Both the position numbers and the translations under genes were made by a program. Below, piece after piece: positions 30,891 through 39,718 of a DNA stretch of 64,000 nucleotides; within the stretch, counting starts at the first letter, position 1; each line of letters begins with the position of its first letter. The notes under the pieces are model-generated. The model made no database searches. It was not told where the DNA came from and saw only the letters and a list, made by a program, of their open reading frames with translations. Source of the stretch: Trueperaceae bacterium (GTDB taxonomy: Bacteria > Deinococcota > Deinococci > Deinococcales > Trueperaceae); assembly GCA_965214405.1 (NCBI GenBank), contig OZ243956.1:1-64000 (forward strand). Reading direction: 5' to 3'.

Positions 30891-30937
30891 ATGCTACACT
30901 ACCCTAAGTTGACATGTCAATACTTTTTTAGTTTAAT
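30891..30937. promoter_or_regulatory. Overlapping opposite-strand sigma70-type promoters sharing the palindrome TTGACATGTCAA
   Basis: Plus strand: TTGACA (30909)-17-TTTAAT. Minus strand: TTGACA (30920)-18-TAGCAT. Confidence 0.55.
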
Positions 30938-30946
30938 TAATCCTTA

Positions 30947-31018
30947 TTTGCTGTGGCACATGCTTCGGCATTTGTTTCGGCTTGTATTTTGGCTTGTGTT
31001 TTGGCGTATGTTTCTGCC
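30947..31018. repeat. Degenerate 12-bp tandem repeat, about 6 copies
   Basis: GGC recurs at 30955, 30967, 30979, 30991 and 31003 in units such as TTTGTTTCGGCT. Confidence 0.65.
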
Positions 31019-31072
31019 AAAAGGTGAGCCAACCATCACGGGGTGCGGCGCGCGAAGGGTGGAACACCGTCC

Positions 31073-32314
31073 ATGACCAAACGGAGAACGGTAGCGAACG
31101 GCAGCAACCCCGTCCGGGCGAGGGCGCAGAACCTAACGGTCGTGCTCGACGCCTTGCGTAAGCTTCAGCCCGTAAGCCGGACCGATTTGGCCCTCGCCAC
31201 CAACCTGACGCCCGCCACCATCACCAACCTCGTCGGCGAACTTAGCGACTTAGGCTTTATCCGTGAACAGCGTTCACCTGAGAAACAACTGGGGCGACGC
31301 CCGACGCTGGTGTCGCTCGAGCCCAGCGCGGTGAGCATCATCGGGCTCGAGATCTCCCGCACCTACGTTCTGGGCGTCACCACGAACCTTTCGGGTGAGG
31401 TCGTTCGCTCGGAGAAACGCTCTGCTCCGGCCCAGCACGGGGCCAAGGCAACGTTAAGGATTGTTCATGAGGTCATTGCCGAACTCTGGGACGAGAACCC
31501 GCCCTTTGGCATCGGCGTCGGGGTGCCGGGGCCGGTCGATACGGCGCAGGGGCGGGTGCGCGAACCGCCGAACTTTCCGGGCTGGCGCGACGTGCCGCTC
31601 ACCCGAGTGCTGCGCGACCGCTGGGGGGTGCCGGTGTTTATCGACGACGACGCCAAAACCGCCGCGTTAGGCGAATACTGGTTCGGGGCCGGTAGCAGCG
31701 TGGAGAGCCTGCTCTACCTCTCGGTCGGCTCGGGCGTCGGGGCGGGGCTCATCGTGCGCGGTGAGCTCTACCGCGGCACGCACGAACTAGCCGGGGAGAT
31801 CGGTCACACCACGCTCGACCTAGACGGTCCCCCCTGCGAGTGCGGGAACAGGGGCTGTCTGGAGACCTTTGTATCGACCGCCGCGATCGAAAAAGAGGCG
31901 GCGTCGCGCGGTCTTGCAGGTGAAGAGAGCGCTAAAAACGATGATCAAAAAGGTGAAACGAGCAACCTCTTGGCGCGCGTAGAACGGCTTGCTGCGGAGG
32001 GCGACGCGCGCGCCGCCGGTCTCAAAAACCGGACCTACCGCTACCTGGCGGCGGGCGTCATCAACGCGGTGAATTTTTACGACCCCGACCTCATCGTGGT
32101 GGGCGGCGAACTTGCCCAAACCTGGACGGACGTGGCCGAGGAACTTCTCAAACGTGTGAGGGGGCGTTCGTTCGGGTTTGCCTCGAGCGCCGTCGCCCTG
32201 TGCCCCTCACACCTGGGCGGCTACGCCAGCGTCATCGGGGCAGCGGGCCTCGTGACGCAGTTTGTTTTCGAGCAGCCCTACCTGATCGGCAAACAGACCG
32301 GTACCGCCGTCTAA
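31073..32314 (+). CDS. ROK family transcriptional regulator (XylR/NagC-like)
   Basis: N-terminal HTH (SRTDLA..TNLTPATITNLV), GRRP, GVGAG, GEIGH, CECGNRGCLE. Confidence 0.93.
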   Translation: MTKRRTVANGSNPVRARAQNLTVVLDALRKLQPVSRTDLALATNLTPATITNLVGELSDLGFIREQRSPEKQLGRRPTLVSLEPSAVSIIGLEISRTYVLGVTTNLSGEVVRSEKRSAPAQHGAKATLRIVHEVIAELWDENPPFGIGVGVPGPVDTAQGRVREPPNFPGWRDVPLTRVLRDRWGVPVFIDDDAKTAALGEYWFGAGSSVESLLYLSVGSGVGAGLIVRGELYRGTHELAGEIGHTTLDLDGPPCECGNRGCLETFVSTAAIEKEAASRGLAGEESAKNDDQKGETSNLLARVERLAAEGDARAAGLKNRTYRYLAAGVINAVNFYDPDLIVVGGELAQTWTDVAEELLKRVRGRSFGFASSAVALCPSHLGGYASVIGAAGLVTQFVFEQPYLIGKQTGTAV

Positions 32315-32446
32315 ATGAAAACTTGACGGTCCGCAGCAGATGGTCGCCTTACGGACACCGCCCAATGGACGTCACCCGACAACTCGGCTTTCACCTGGTA
32401 CGACATTATATCCTGTCTTTGTATTATTTTATTAACTTAAAAAATG

Positions 32447-32475
32447 TTGACAAGGGTTGCCATGTCTGCTACTGT
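32447..32475 (+). promoter_or_regulatory. Sigma70-type promoter
   Basis: TTGACA-17-TACTGT with TG extension. Confidence 0.65.
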
Positions 32476-32559
32476 AAACGAATTAACGAAAACTGCCTTC
32501 GGTTCTGTTGAGAGCAAGCTCTCGACAAATTAAGGATCAAGAAGGCGAGGAGATTGGTT

Positions 32560-33855
32560 ATGAGCTCGGCTATGCGTAAGATGCTCGCCTTTTGGTGTAT
32601 TTTTGGAGGCTTTTTGGTTACCGTGGGTTACGCCCAGACGGTCACGCTAAACGCCATGATCGGCAGTTGGATCGACCCCAACAGCCCCGAGGTCCCGCAA
32701 GAAGTCCGGGACTTGTATGCGCAATTTGCCGCCGAGCACCCGGACATCGAGATCAATTGGGATATCCAGGGTTACACCCAACTGCAGCAAAAACTCTTGA
32801 CCTCGGCCGCAGCGGGCAACCTGCCCGACTTTGCCTATGTAGACTCCATCTGGGTTCAGCAACTCGCCGGTCTGGGCGCACTGCAGCCGCTTGAAGGCCT
32901 GTGGCCCGCAGAAGACCGCGCCGACTACAAGGAGGCTTTTATCGAGGGGGCCATGTATGACGGCGCGCTCTACGCGATGTGGGACAGCACCGACACGCGC
33001 GTCCTTTGGTACAACACAGAAATTTTCAAAGAAGCCGGACTCGACCCCGAGCAGCCGCCGACAACCTGGGAAGAACTCTTGACGGCGGCGCGGGCCATTA
33101 CCCAAACGGGCCACGCCGGCTTGGGTCTTGCGCTCGGACCCCACGAATACCTGACGGCGGACGTGGTGCTGCCTATGTTTTGGGGCTTAGGCGGCGAACT
33201 GTTAGACGCCGACGGGCGTCCCGTGTTCCACGAGGGCGATAACTTGGCGGCGATGACGGAAGTGCTTACGTTTTTGGGTACGCTCAGAGACGACGGGGTA
33301 CTGCCCAGCGACGCGATGCAGTTGCAAGGCGGGGGGGCGCTCTATCCCGGTATGGCGACAGAAGGTTACGGCATGTCTATCGGCAACAACAACGTGCTCG
33401 AGGTGGCCTTGAAAGACCTCGCGCCCGACACTTACGCGCAGTGGCAAGTCGCCTTGCTGCCCGCGCCGACCGGGGGAGAGCCCTCCTCCATGAACGGCGG
33501 CTTTACCTGGGCCGTCATGACGGCTGACCCCGCAAAGCAGCAGGCGGCCTGGGAGTTCATCTCTTTTTGGAACAGCCCCGAAGTGCAGCTCACGCGTTAC
33601 AAACCGAACGCCAACGTCGCCGTGCGTAAGTCCACGGCGCAAGACCCGTTTTACCAGTCCCCTTACTGGCAGACGGTCAACGAGGCCGTGACCGTCGGGC
33701 GGACCCGCCCCGGCGTGGCCCTCTACCCGGTCATGTCACAAGCGATCCAAAACGCGGTGCAACAGTTTTTGGTAGGAAACAGCTCCGCCGAAGACGCGGT
33801 CACCGCGGCCGGTGAGGCCGCCGTCGCCGAGTACGAGCGCGAGCAGCAGCGCTAA
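32560..33855 (+). CDS. Carbohydrate ABC transporter substrate-binding protein
   Basis: Signal peptide; AAGNLPD, LWYNTEIF, PTTWEEL. Confidence 0.9.
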   Translation: MSSAMRKMLAFWCIFGGFLVTVGYAQTVTLNAMIGSWIDPNSPEVPQEVRDLYAQFAAEHPDIEINWDIQGYTQLQQKLLTSAAAGNLPDFAYVDSIWVQQLAGLGALQPLEGLWPAEDRADYKEAFIEGAMYDGALYAMWDSTDTRVLWYNTEIFKEAGLDPEQPPTTWEELLTAARAITQTGHAGLGLALGPHEYLTADVVLPMFWGLGGELLDADGRPVFHEGDNLAAMTEVLTFLGTLRDDGVLPSDAMQLQGGGALYPGMATEGYGMSIGNNNVLEVALKDLAPDTYAQWQVALLPAPTGGEPSSMNGGFTWAVMTADPAKQQAAWEFISFWNSPEVQLTRYKPNANVAVRKSTAQDPFYQSPYWQTVNEAVTVGRTRPGVALYPVMSQAIQNAVQQFLVGNSSAEDAVTAAGEAAVAEYEREQQR

Positions 33856-33858
33856 AAC

Positions 33859-34770
33859 GTGGCCCTCGTTCGGTCTCGGAGTCAAAAGGTGCGCCACCGG
33901 CGCACCTTGGCTCACGTGCCCTATTTACTCCCCGCCTTTCTTTTTATTGCCGCCCTGACTTTTATCCCGGCGGCCTACACCATTTATCTGAGCTTCACCA
34001 ACGCGTCTCTCATCTATCCGAGCCGTAGTTTTATCGGGTTTGGCAACTACCTGCGGCTCTTTAGCGACAGCGCAACGTTTATGGTTTTGAAGAACACGTT
34101 TGTGTTCGTCGGCTGGAGCGTCATCTTGCAAATAACGCTGGGGCTGGGCCTGGCTCTCCTTTTGAACCTGCCTTTTCGGGGCCGAAACCTTGTCCGGATG
34201 CTCGTCTTGACCACCTGGGTCATTCCGGAAATCGTCGTGGGGTTTACCTGGCAGGTGGTGCTCGCCGGTGGCCGGTACGGACTCGCCAACTCTTTTCTGG
34301 CGCCTTTGGGGATAGACCCCATCCTCTTTTTTAGCAACGGCTCGCTGGCGATGGCGACCCTTATCTTGGTCAACGTCTGGCGCGGTACCGCCTTCTCGAT
34401 GGTCCTCTTTCTGGCAGCCCTGCAGGGCATTCCCAGAGAACTTTACGAGGCGGCCCGCATCGACGGGGGCTCACCCGCTCAGCTCTTACGGTTTGTGACC
34501 CTGCCCCTGATTGCGGCCACGGTCCTGATTAACTTTGTGAACAACACCCTGCAAACGTTCAACGTCACCGCGCTCGTTTTTTCACTCACCGGGGGCGGCC
34601 CGGCGCGCTCCACCGAAATTCTCGCTTTTACGATGTACCGGACCGCCTTTGAAAACTTCGACCTCGGCTACGCTTCGGCCATCGCCATGTTGCTGTTTAC
34701 CATCAACGTCGCGCTGGTTATCGCTTACCTGTTCGTTTTTCGCCGCGTCGACACGCAGGCGGCGCTGTGA
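33859..34770 (+). CDS. Carbohydrate ABC transporter permease
   Basis: LYEAARIDGG, LTGGGP, LGYASA. Confidence 0.92.
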   Translation: MALVRSRSQKVRHRRTLAHVPYLLPAFLFIAALTFIPAAYTIYLSFTNASLIYPSRSFIGFGNYLRLFSDSATFMVLKNTFVFVGWSVILQITLGLGLALLLNLPFRGRNLVRMLVLTTWVIPEIVVGFTWQVVLAGGRYGLANSFLAPLGIDPILFFSNGSLAMATLILVNVWRGTAFSMVLFLAALQGIPRELYEAARIDGGSPAQLLRFVTLPLIAATVLINFVNNTLQTFNVTALVFSLTGGGPARSTEILAFTMYRTAFENFDLGYASAIAMLLFTINVALVIAYLFVFRRVDTQAAL

Positions 34771-34804
34771 ATTACTGTGACGGTGTTAGTATGACGGTAC
34801 GACG

Positions 34805-35641
34805 ATGACCGTACGGCGCACGCTGAACGCGCTCGGCGTCTACCTGCTTTACGCCCTCGTGGGGCTGCTCGCGGTGCTGCCGGTGCTCTGGGTCGTGTCT
34901 ATGTCTTTTAAGGAGCCGGGCGAACTCTTTACCGTCCCGCCACGTTGGCTTCCCCACCAACCGACGCTCGAGAACTTCCAGTTCGTGCTGTTCGGTACCC
35001 CCATCCCAAAGCTTTTTCTAAACAGCGTCGTCGTTTCCGGCTTGAGCACCTTGCTCACGCTCCTTTTGGCGACGGTGGCGGCCTACGCGTTTTCCCGTTT
35101 TGCTTTCAGGGCCAAGGCCACCCTGTTGCTGTTGCTGCTCGGCACCCAGCTTATTCCCGGCGTCAGCAACGTGGTCCCCCTTTACGTGATGATGCGCCGC
35201 GTCGGGCTGCTCGACACGCAGGCCGCGCTCATCTTTATCTACTCGGCGGCGCTCGTGCCGGTGTCCGTCTGGATTCTCAAGGCCGCCTTCGACCAGGTGC
35301 CCAGCGCGCTCGACGAAGCGGCCATGATCGACGGCTGCACGCGCCTGGGCGCTTTCCGGCGCGTGGTGCTTCCCCTTATCGGTCCGGGGCTCATCGCGGC
35401 AGGGACCATGATCGTGGTGAGCACCTGGAACGAGTTTTTCCTGGCTTTTATCCTGACGTCTTCACCGGCCAGTCGAACCATTGCGACGAGCGTTTACATG
35501 TTTCAGGGCCAGTACGGCGACAGCGGCTGGAACCTGGTGTCCGCCACCGCCGTGGTCACCATCGCCGTACCTCTCCTACTTTTCGCCCTTTTTCAAAACT
35601 ACATGGTGGGCGGTCTCAGCGCGGGGGCGACGAAGGGGTAA
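34805..35641 (+). CDS. Carbohydrate ABC transporter permease
   Basis: LDEAAMIDGC, WNEF, GATKG end. Confidence 0.92.
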   Translation: MTVRRTLNALGVYLLYALVGLLAVLPVLWVVSMSFKEPGELFTVPPRWLPHQPTLENFQFVLFGTPIPKLFLNSVVVSGLSTLLTLLLATVAAYAFSRFAFRAKATLLLLLLGTQLIPGVSNVVPLYVMMRRVGLLDTQAALIFIYSAALVPVSVWILKAAFDQVPSALDEAAMIDGCTRLGAFRRVVLPLIGPGLIAAGTMIVVSTWNEFFLAFILTSSPASRTIATSVYMFQGQYGDSGWNLVSATAVVTIAVPLLLFALFQNYMVGGLSAGATKG

Positions 35642-35806
35642 AGGCGTAGGCTTGGCGTCAAGCGATTGGGTATTTAGAGGTTGCGCCAGCGGCATAGAAA
35701 TCTCCAGCCTTGTGACACGCCGTAGTCGCAGCACCCCTACCTTCTCGGTGACCTGTTACCTATCTTCCGGTCGTACGCTTTGCGCATTTGAAAGGGATGG
35801 ACAGGT

Positions 35807-36577
35807 TCAACTGCATAAGTGAGCCGAAATATACTCAAAACTCTCCCGCACCGAATCAAAAGGATCGCCCGCACAGATGTCTTGCTCCACCACAAACCAT
35901 TCGCAATCGGACGCTTCCGCCGCTTGGGTGATGGCTGCAAAGTTTAAGTTGCCCGCCCCGATGGGGGCGAAGGTCGGTCGGCTGTCCGCGTCTACGGCGT
36001 AGTCTTTAAGGTGGATAATCGGCAAACGACCGGCGAGCTTTGTGCAGTATGCGACCGGGTCTCCCCCACCGTACTGCACCCAATAAGTGTCAACTTCGCC
36101 TTGCAAATAACGCGGGTCGGTCTTCTCGTAAATGAGGTCGAGGATAACGCGCCCGTCCAGCTTGCGAAACTCGTGCTGATGGTTATGGTAGGCGAGCGTT
36201 TTTCCCGCCCGGTACAGCACCTCGCCTGCTCGGTCAAGTTGAGCGATGAGCGTGTTCACGCTTCGGCTCGAGCCGAAATCAACACCGTGAGGAAAGGGGT
36301 ACGCGGTGAGGGGGCAGTTGAGCTTGTCCAGGCGTTCCACGACCCGCTCCGGCTCCTCGAGGATGGTTTGCGCGGGCTCGTGCGTGGCGCAGAGGGTGAG
36401 GCCTTCCGAATCGAGAATGTTCAACAGTTCGTTCTCGTCGATCGGCCCGAGGCCGCTGGCCTGCACCGCCTCGTAGCCGGTGGCGCGCACTCTCTTCAAG
36501 GTGGCGGCGATGTCGGCGGGCGTTTTGAGAAAGTCTCTTAAGGTGTAGAGCTGCAAGGCAACTTGTTGGATGTTCAC
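35807..36577 (-). CDS. Sugar phosphate isomerase/epimerase (xylose isomerase-like TIM barrel)
   Basis: QLYTLRD, YHNHQHEF, EVDTYW, HLKD, VVEQD. Confidence 0.88.
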   Translation of the reverse strand: MNIQQVALQLYTLRDFLKTPADIAATLKRVRATGYEAVQASGLGPIDENELLNILDSEGLTLCATHEPAQTILEEPERVVERLDKLNCPLTAYPFPHGVDFGSSRSVNTLIAQLDRAGEVLYRAGKTLAYHNHQHEFRKLDGRVILDLIYEKTDPRYLQGEVDTYWVQYGGGDPVAYCTKLAGRLPIIHLKDYAVDADSRPTFAPIGAGNLNFAAITQAAEASDCEWFVVEQDICAGDPFDSVRESFEYISAHLCS

Positions 36578-36620
36578 GCGTTTCCTTTCAGTCGGCTCGA
36601 GCGTTTTATCAAACGGGGTG

Positions 36621-37691
36621 TCAGGCCAAACGCTGCGCCGACGCTTGCGCCTCGAGCGAGAGTTCCGCCGCCTTAAAGGCGTGCGCCTGGGTCATGGCGT
36701 GTTCGGTGCGGTTCAAGCAGTCGAGGATGAGCCGTCCGAAAAAGGGGTAACCGACCTCTCCCGACAGAGATAGATGCTGTTCACCCTCGCCGTTGACGAG
36801 GTAAAGCTGGTCGCCCCGGCGTTCGCGTCCGATATCGGTATATTTGCGCAGTTCGATGGTGCCTTCGGTGCCCAAGATAACGGTGCGCCCGTCGCCCCAG
36901 GTGGAGAGCCCGTCCGGGGTAAACCAGTCCACCCGGACGTAGCCCGAGCAGCCGTTGTCCCCCACGAGACTCACCTCGCCGAAGTCCTCCAAGTCCGGAC
37001 GGTCCGGGTGGGCGTAGTTGGCGACCGCCGAAGCACGAATCTGGGCGTCTTGCGCGCCGCTGTAGAAAAGAAACCCCTCTAGCTGGTGCGAAGCAATGTC
37101 GCAGAGAATGCCGCCGTACTTGGCTTTCTCAAAAAACCACGGCGGGCGCGACGCCGCGTTTAGGCGGTGCGGCCCGAGCCCGAGCACCTGAATCACCCGG
37201 CCGATCGCGCCACTTCGCACGAGGTCCCCGGCAAAAACCGCGCACTCGACGTGGAGGCGCTCGCTGTAGTAGACCATATACTTTTGGTCCGTCTCGGCGA
37301 CTTTTTTTCGCGCGGCTGCAAGCTGCGCCAAGCTTGTAAAGGGCGCTTTGTCAGTAAAGTAGTCTTTGCCCGCGTCCATGACTTTCAAGCCCAGAGGCCC
37401 CCGCTCGCTGGGCACCGCGGCGGCGGCGACGAGCCCGACAGACGACGCCAGCACCTCCTCCAAACTCGTCGCCACGGTGACGCCGGGAAAAACCTTACAA
37501 AACGCCGCGACCTTGGCGGGGTCGGGGTCGTAGACGTAGCGGAGTTCTGCCCCCGCTTCAGTGAGCCCGTTACACATCCCGTAAATGTGGCTGTGCTCGA
37601 GCGCCACCGCGGCAAACGAAAAGTCGCCGGGCGCGACGACCGGGCGCGGCTTGCCCTGGGGCGCGTAGGTCATGCCGCTGGCTTGACTCAC
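36621..37691 (-). CDS. Gfo/Idh/MocA family oxidoreductase
   Basis: HSHIYGM, FTDKAP, GGILCDIASH, VDWFTPDGL..WGDGR. Confidence 0.88.
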   Translation of the reverse strand: MSQASGMTYAPQGKPRPVVAPGDFSFAAVALEHSHIYGMCNGLTEAGAELRYVYDPDPAKVAAFCKVFPGVTVATSLEEVLASSVGLVAAAAVPSERGPLGLKVMDAGKDYFTDKAPFTSLAQLAAARKKVAETDQKYMVYYSERLHVECAVFAGDLVRSGAIGRVIQVLGLGPHRLNAASRPPWFFEKAKYGGILCDIASHQLEGFLFYSGAQDAQIRASAVANYAHPDRPDLEDFGEVSLVGDNGCSGYVRVDWFTPDGLSTWGDGRTVILGTEGTIELRKYTDIGRERRGDQLYLVNGEGEQHLSLSGEVGYPFFGRLILDCLNRTEHAMTQAHAFKAAELSLEAQASAQRLA

Positions 37692-37701
37692 ACGAGAACC
37701 C

Positions 37702-38826
37702 TCACGGCGCCACCCAGCCCTGCGCCTTGAGGTCCCCCAGCAACGCCCCGTACCTGCGCGCGTCTAACGGCAGGTCGACGTCGCTGCGGGTGTGCGACGA
37801 GAGGATCATCGCGTTGGCGAGTTCTAAAGACAGCCGCCCCTGCGCGCCGTCGGCGACTAAGGGTGCGCCGGTCGATATCGCCTCGTGCAGGTTTTTATAA
37901 ATTGCCGCGTGGTTGCCCTCACCGGGCTCCAGGACCACGGCTTCCGCGCGGCTGGAGGGAGCGGCGAAACGCTCGGGGCTCGTAGCGGCAAAGTTCTCGA
38001 AATCCGTCTCGAGCAGGTTCAAGCTCAACGCTCCGTCTCTTATATGCAAGGTGCCGCGCGTGCCGACGAGTTCCAAGCGCTCCGGCCTACCGGCCTCGGC
38101 GGTGCTGATGTGTAAGGAGCCTAAAGTGCCGCTCGACCACTCGAGCATCGCCTGGGCGGTGTCTTCGACTTCCAAATCGTGGAGCAAGTTGCGCGTCCAG
38201 GCGGTGACCCGCGCGGGCCGCCCCAACAGGTAGCACAGCAGGTCGAGATTATGCGGGGCCTGGTTCATGAGCACGCCGCCCCCCTCGCCGCGCCAGGTCG
38301 CGCGCCAGCCCGCCGAGCGGTAGTAGGCCGCCGTGCGCGGCCAGGCGACCGCCATGTCCACATGTTGGAGCGTACCCAGCGCGCCCTCCTCAACGAGCTT
38401 GCGCGCCGCGCGCACCGCGGGCCGACAGCGGTGCTGGAAGTTGACCGCCAACAGACGTTCCGAGCGCCTGGCCGCCGCGATCATCGCGTCGGCCTCGGCC
38501 ACCTCGACCGCCATCGGCTTCTCCACCAGGACGTGACAGCCCGCCTCTAAACAGTGGATGGCGACGGCGGCGTGAAAGGGATGGGGCGTGAGCACGACCG
38601 CGACCTCGGGCCGCGTCTCGGCGAGCATCTCCTGATAATCGCCGTAAAACGGACAGTCCAACTCAACAGCGCGCTGTCGGCCCTTCGTTTCGTCTAAGTC
38701 GGAAACGCCCACAAGTTCGGTCGTGGCGAGACCAAAGGCGGGGCGGTGCATCTCGAGCACGCCCGCCCCGACGCCGATAACGGCGTGGCGTAGCGGCCTG
38801 GGTTGAGACTGGGTCATATCGCTCAT
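37702..38826 (-). CDS. Gfo/Idh/MocA family oxidoreductase
   Basis: VIGVGAG, HVLVEKPMA, GGGVLMNQAPH. Confidence 0.9.
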   Translation of the reverse strand: MSDMTQSQPRPLRHAVIGVGAGVLEMHRPAFGLATTELVGVSDLDETKGRQRAVELDCPFYGDYQEMLAETRPEVAVVLTPHPFHAAVAIHCLEAGCHVLVEKPMAVEVAEADAMIAAARRSERLLAVNFQHRCRPAVRAARKLVEEGALGTLQHVDMAVAWPRTAAYYRSAGWRATWRGEGGGVLMNQAPHNLDLLCYLLGRPARVTAWTRNLLHDLEVEDTAQAMLEWSSGTLGSLHISTAEAGRPERLELVGTRGTLHIRDGALSLNLLETDFENFAATSPERFAAPSSRAEAVVLEPGEGNHAAIYKNLHEAISTGAPLVADGAQGRLSLELANAMILSSHTRSDVDLPLDARRYGALLGDLKAQGWVAP

Positions 38827-38972
38827 AGGTTCGTCCACTTCTTTCGGTTGGGGCTCGGATAGACGCGAAGCGTGCGGCGACGCTGTTTGAGCGTGGCTCC
38901 TTGATTTGTTAATGTTGAATCTAACATGCACCCTTTACAGAATCAACGCGGTTCAGCGTAAGGAGCGCCCTC

Positions 38973-39422
38973 ATGAAGTCATACCTTTACCCGACCCCCG
39001 CCGGGTCTACTTTGGCGCGGGCAACGCGGCGCGTGCGCTCCATCTGCGCCATCACGAACGCGGGCAAGGCACAGATTTATATTGGCTTATGGGCGGACCG
39101 CGTCGCGCGCATTCTTGCGCCCGAGACGGCCCCGGCAAAGCTCGATGTTTCCTTTGAGAGGTTGCAGGAGACGGCCTTTTCGGTTGTGGGGCTCGTTTTT
39201 GCGGTTGCCGGGCTCGCCGACTTGGGGCGAAGTGTGGCCCTTAGCCTTTCGAGCTTAGGCGGCGCGTGGGCGGAACCCGTGGGGGCGGCGCTCAGGGTCG
39301 CGCTCGGGCTCTGGCTGCTCTTGGGTGGGGGTAAATTGGCGACGTTTTTGAGAGGGCTCGAGGCGAGCCACATCGGGCGCGACGATGATGAGGAACCTGG
39401 TGAAGGCCGTTCGGCGAGGTAG
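38973..39422 (+). CDS. Hypothetical membrane protein, possibly 5'-truncated
   Basis: AGGAG plus ATG; two hydrophobic segments in the C-terminal half. Confidence 0.4.
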   Translation: MKSYLYPTPAGSTLARATRRVRSICAITNAGKAQIYIGLWADRVARILAPETAPAKLDVSFERLQETAFSVVGLVFAVAGLADLGRSVALSLSSLGGAWAEPVGAALRVALGLWLLLGGGKLATFLRGLEASHIGRDDDEEPGEGRSAR

Positions 39423-39718
39423 ACGAGATGAACCAAAAACGCGCCTGATAGTCTACCAAATCCCTCTTTTTCTGCTAAAATCGTGGGGTCGGTCAAGTCT
39501 TATCCGTCCTCTCGGTTTGTTGCTCGCAACGCGGTTTCGTTGAGGTCTAGGTTTCCTCGTGCAGGGCACCATTCACCCCTCGAGCGTCGCCAGCCGCTGG
39601 CAGTTTGGCTTGAGGGGGTCGTAAAAGCTTTCTTAGCGCGTTTTGAAGCGCTCACAGGAGGTGGTGGGGTGTCTCAGTTAGCTACCGGTTTGGGTCTTGG
39701 TTGTACGGGGGAAAACCC

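Noticed and set aside
30947..31018. Possible CRISPR array (also considered for 15177-15218)
   Set aside because: Units are 12-14 bp and abut without unique spacers; no cas genes present
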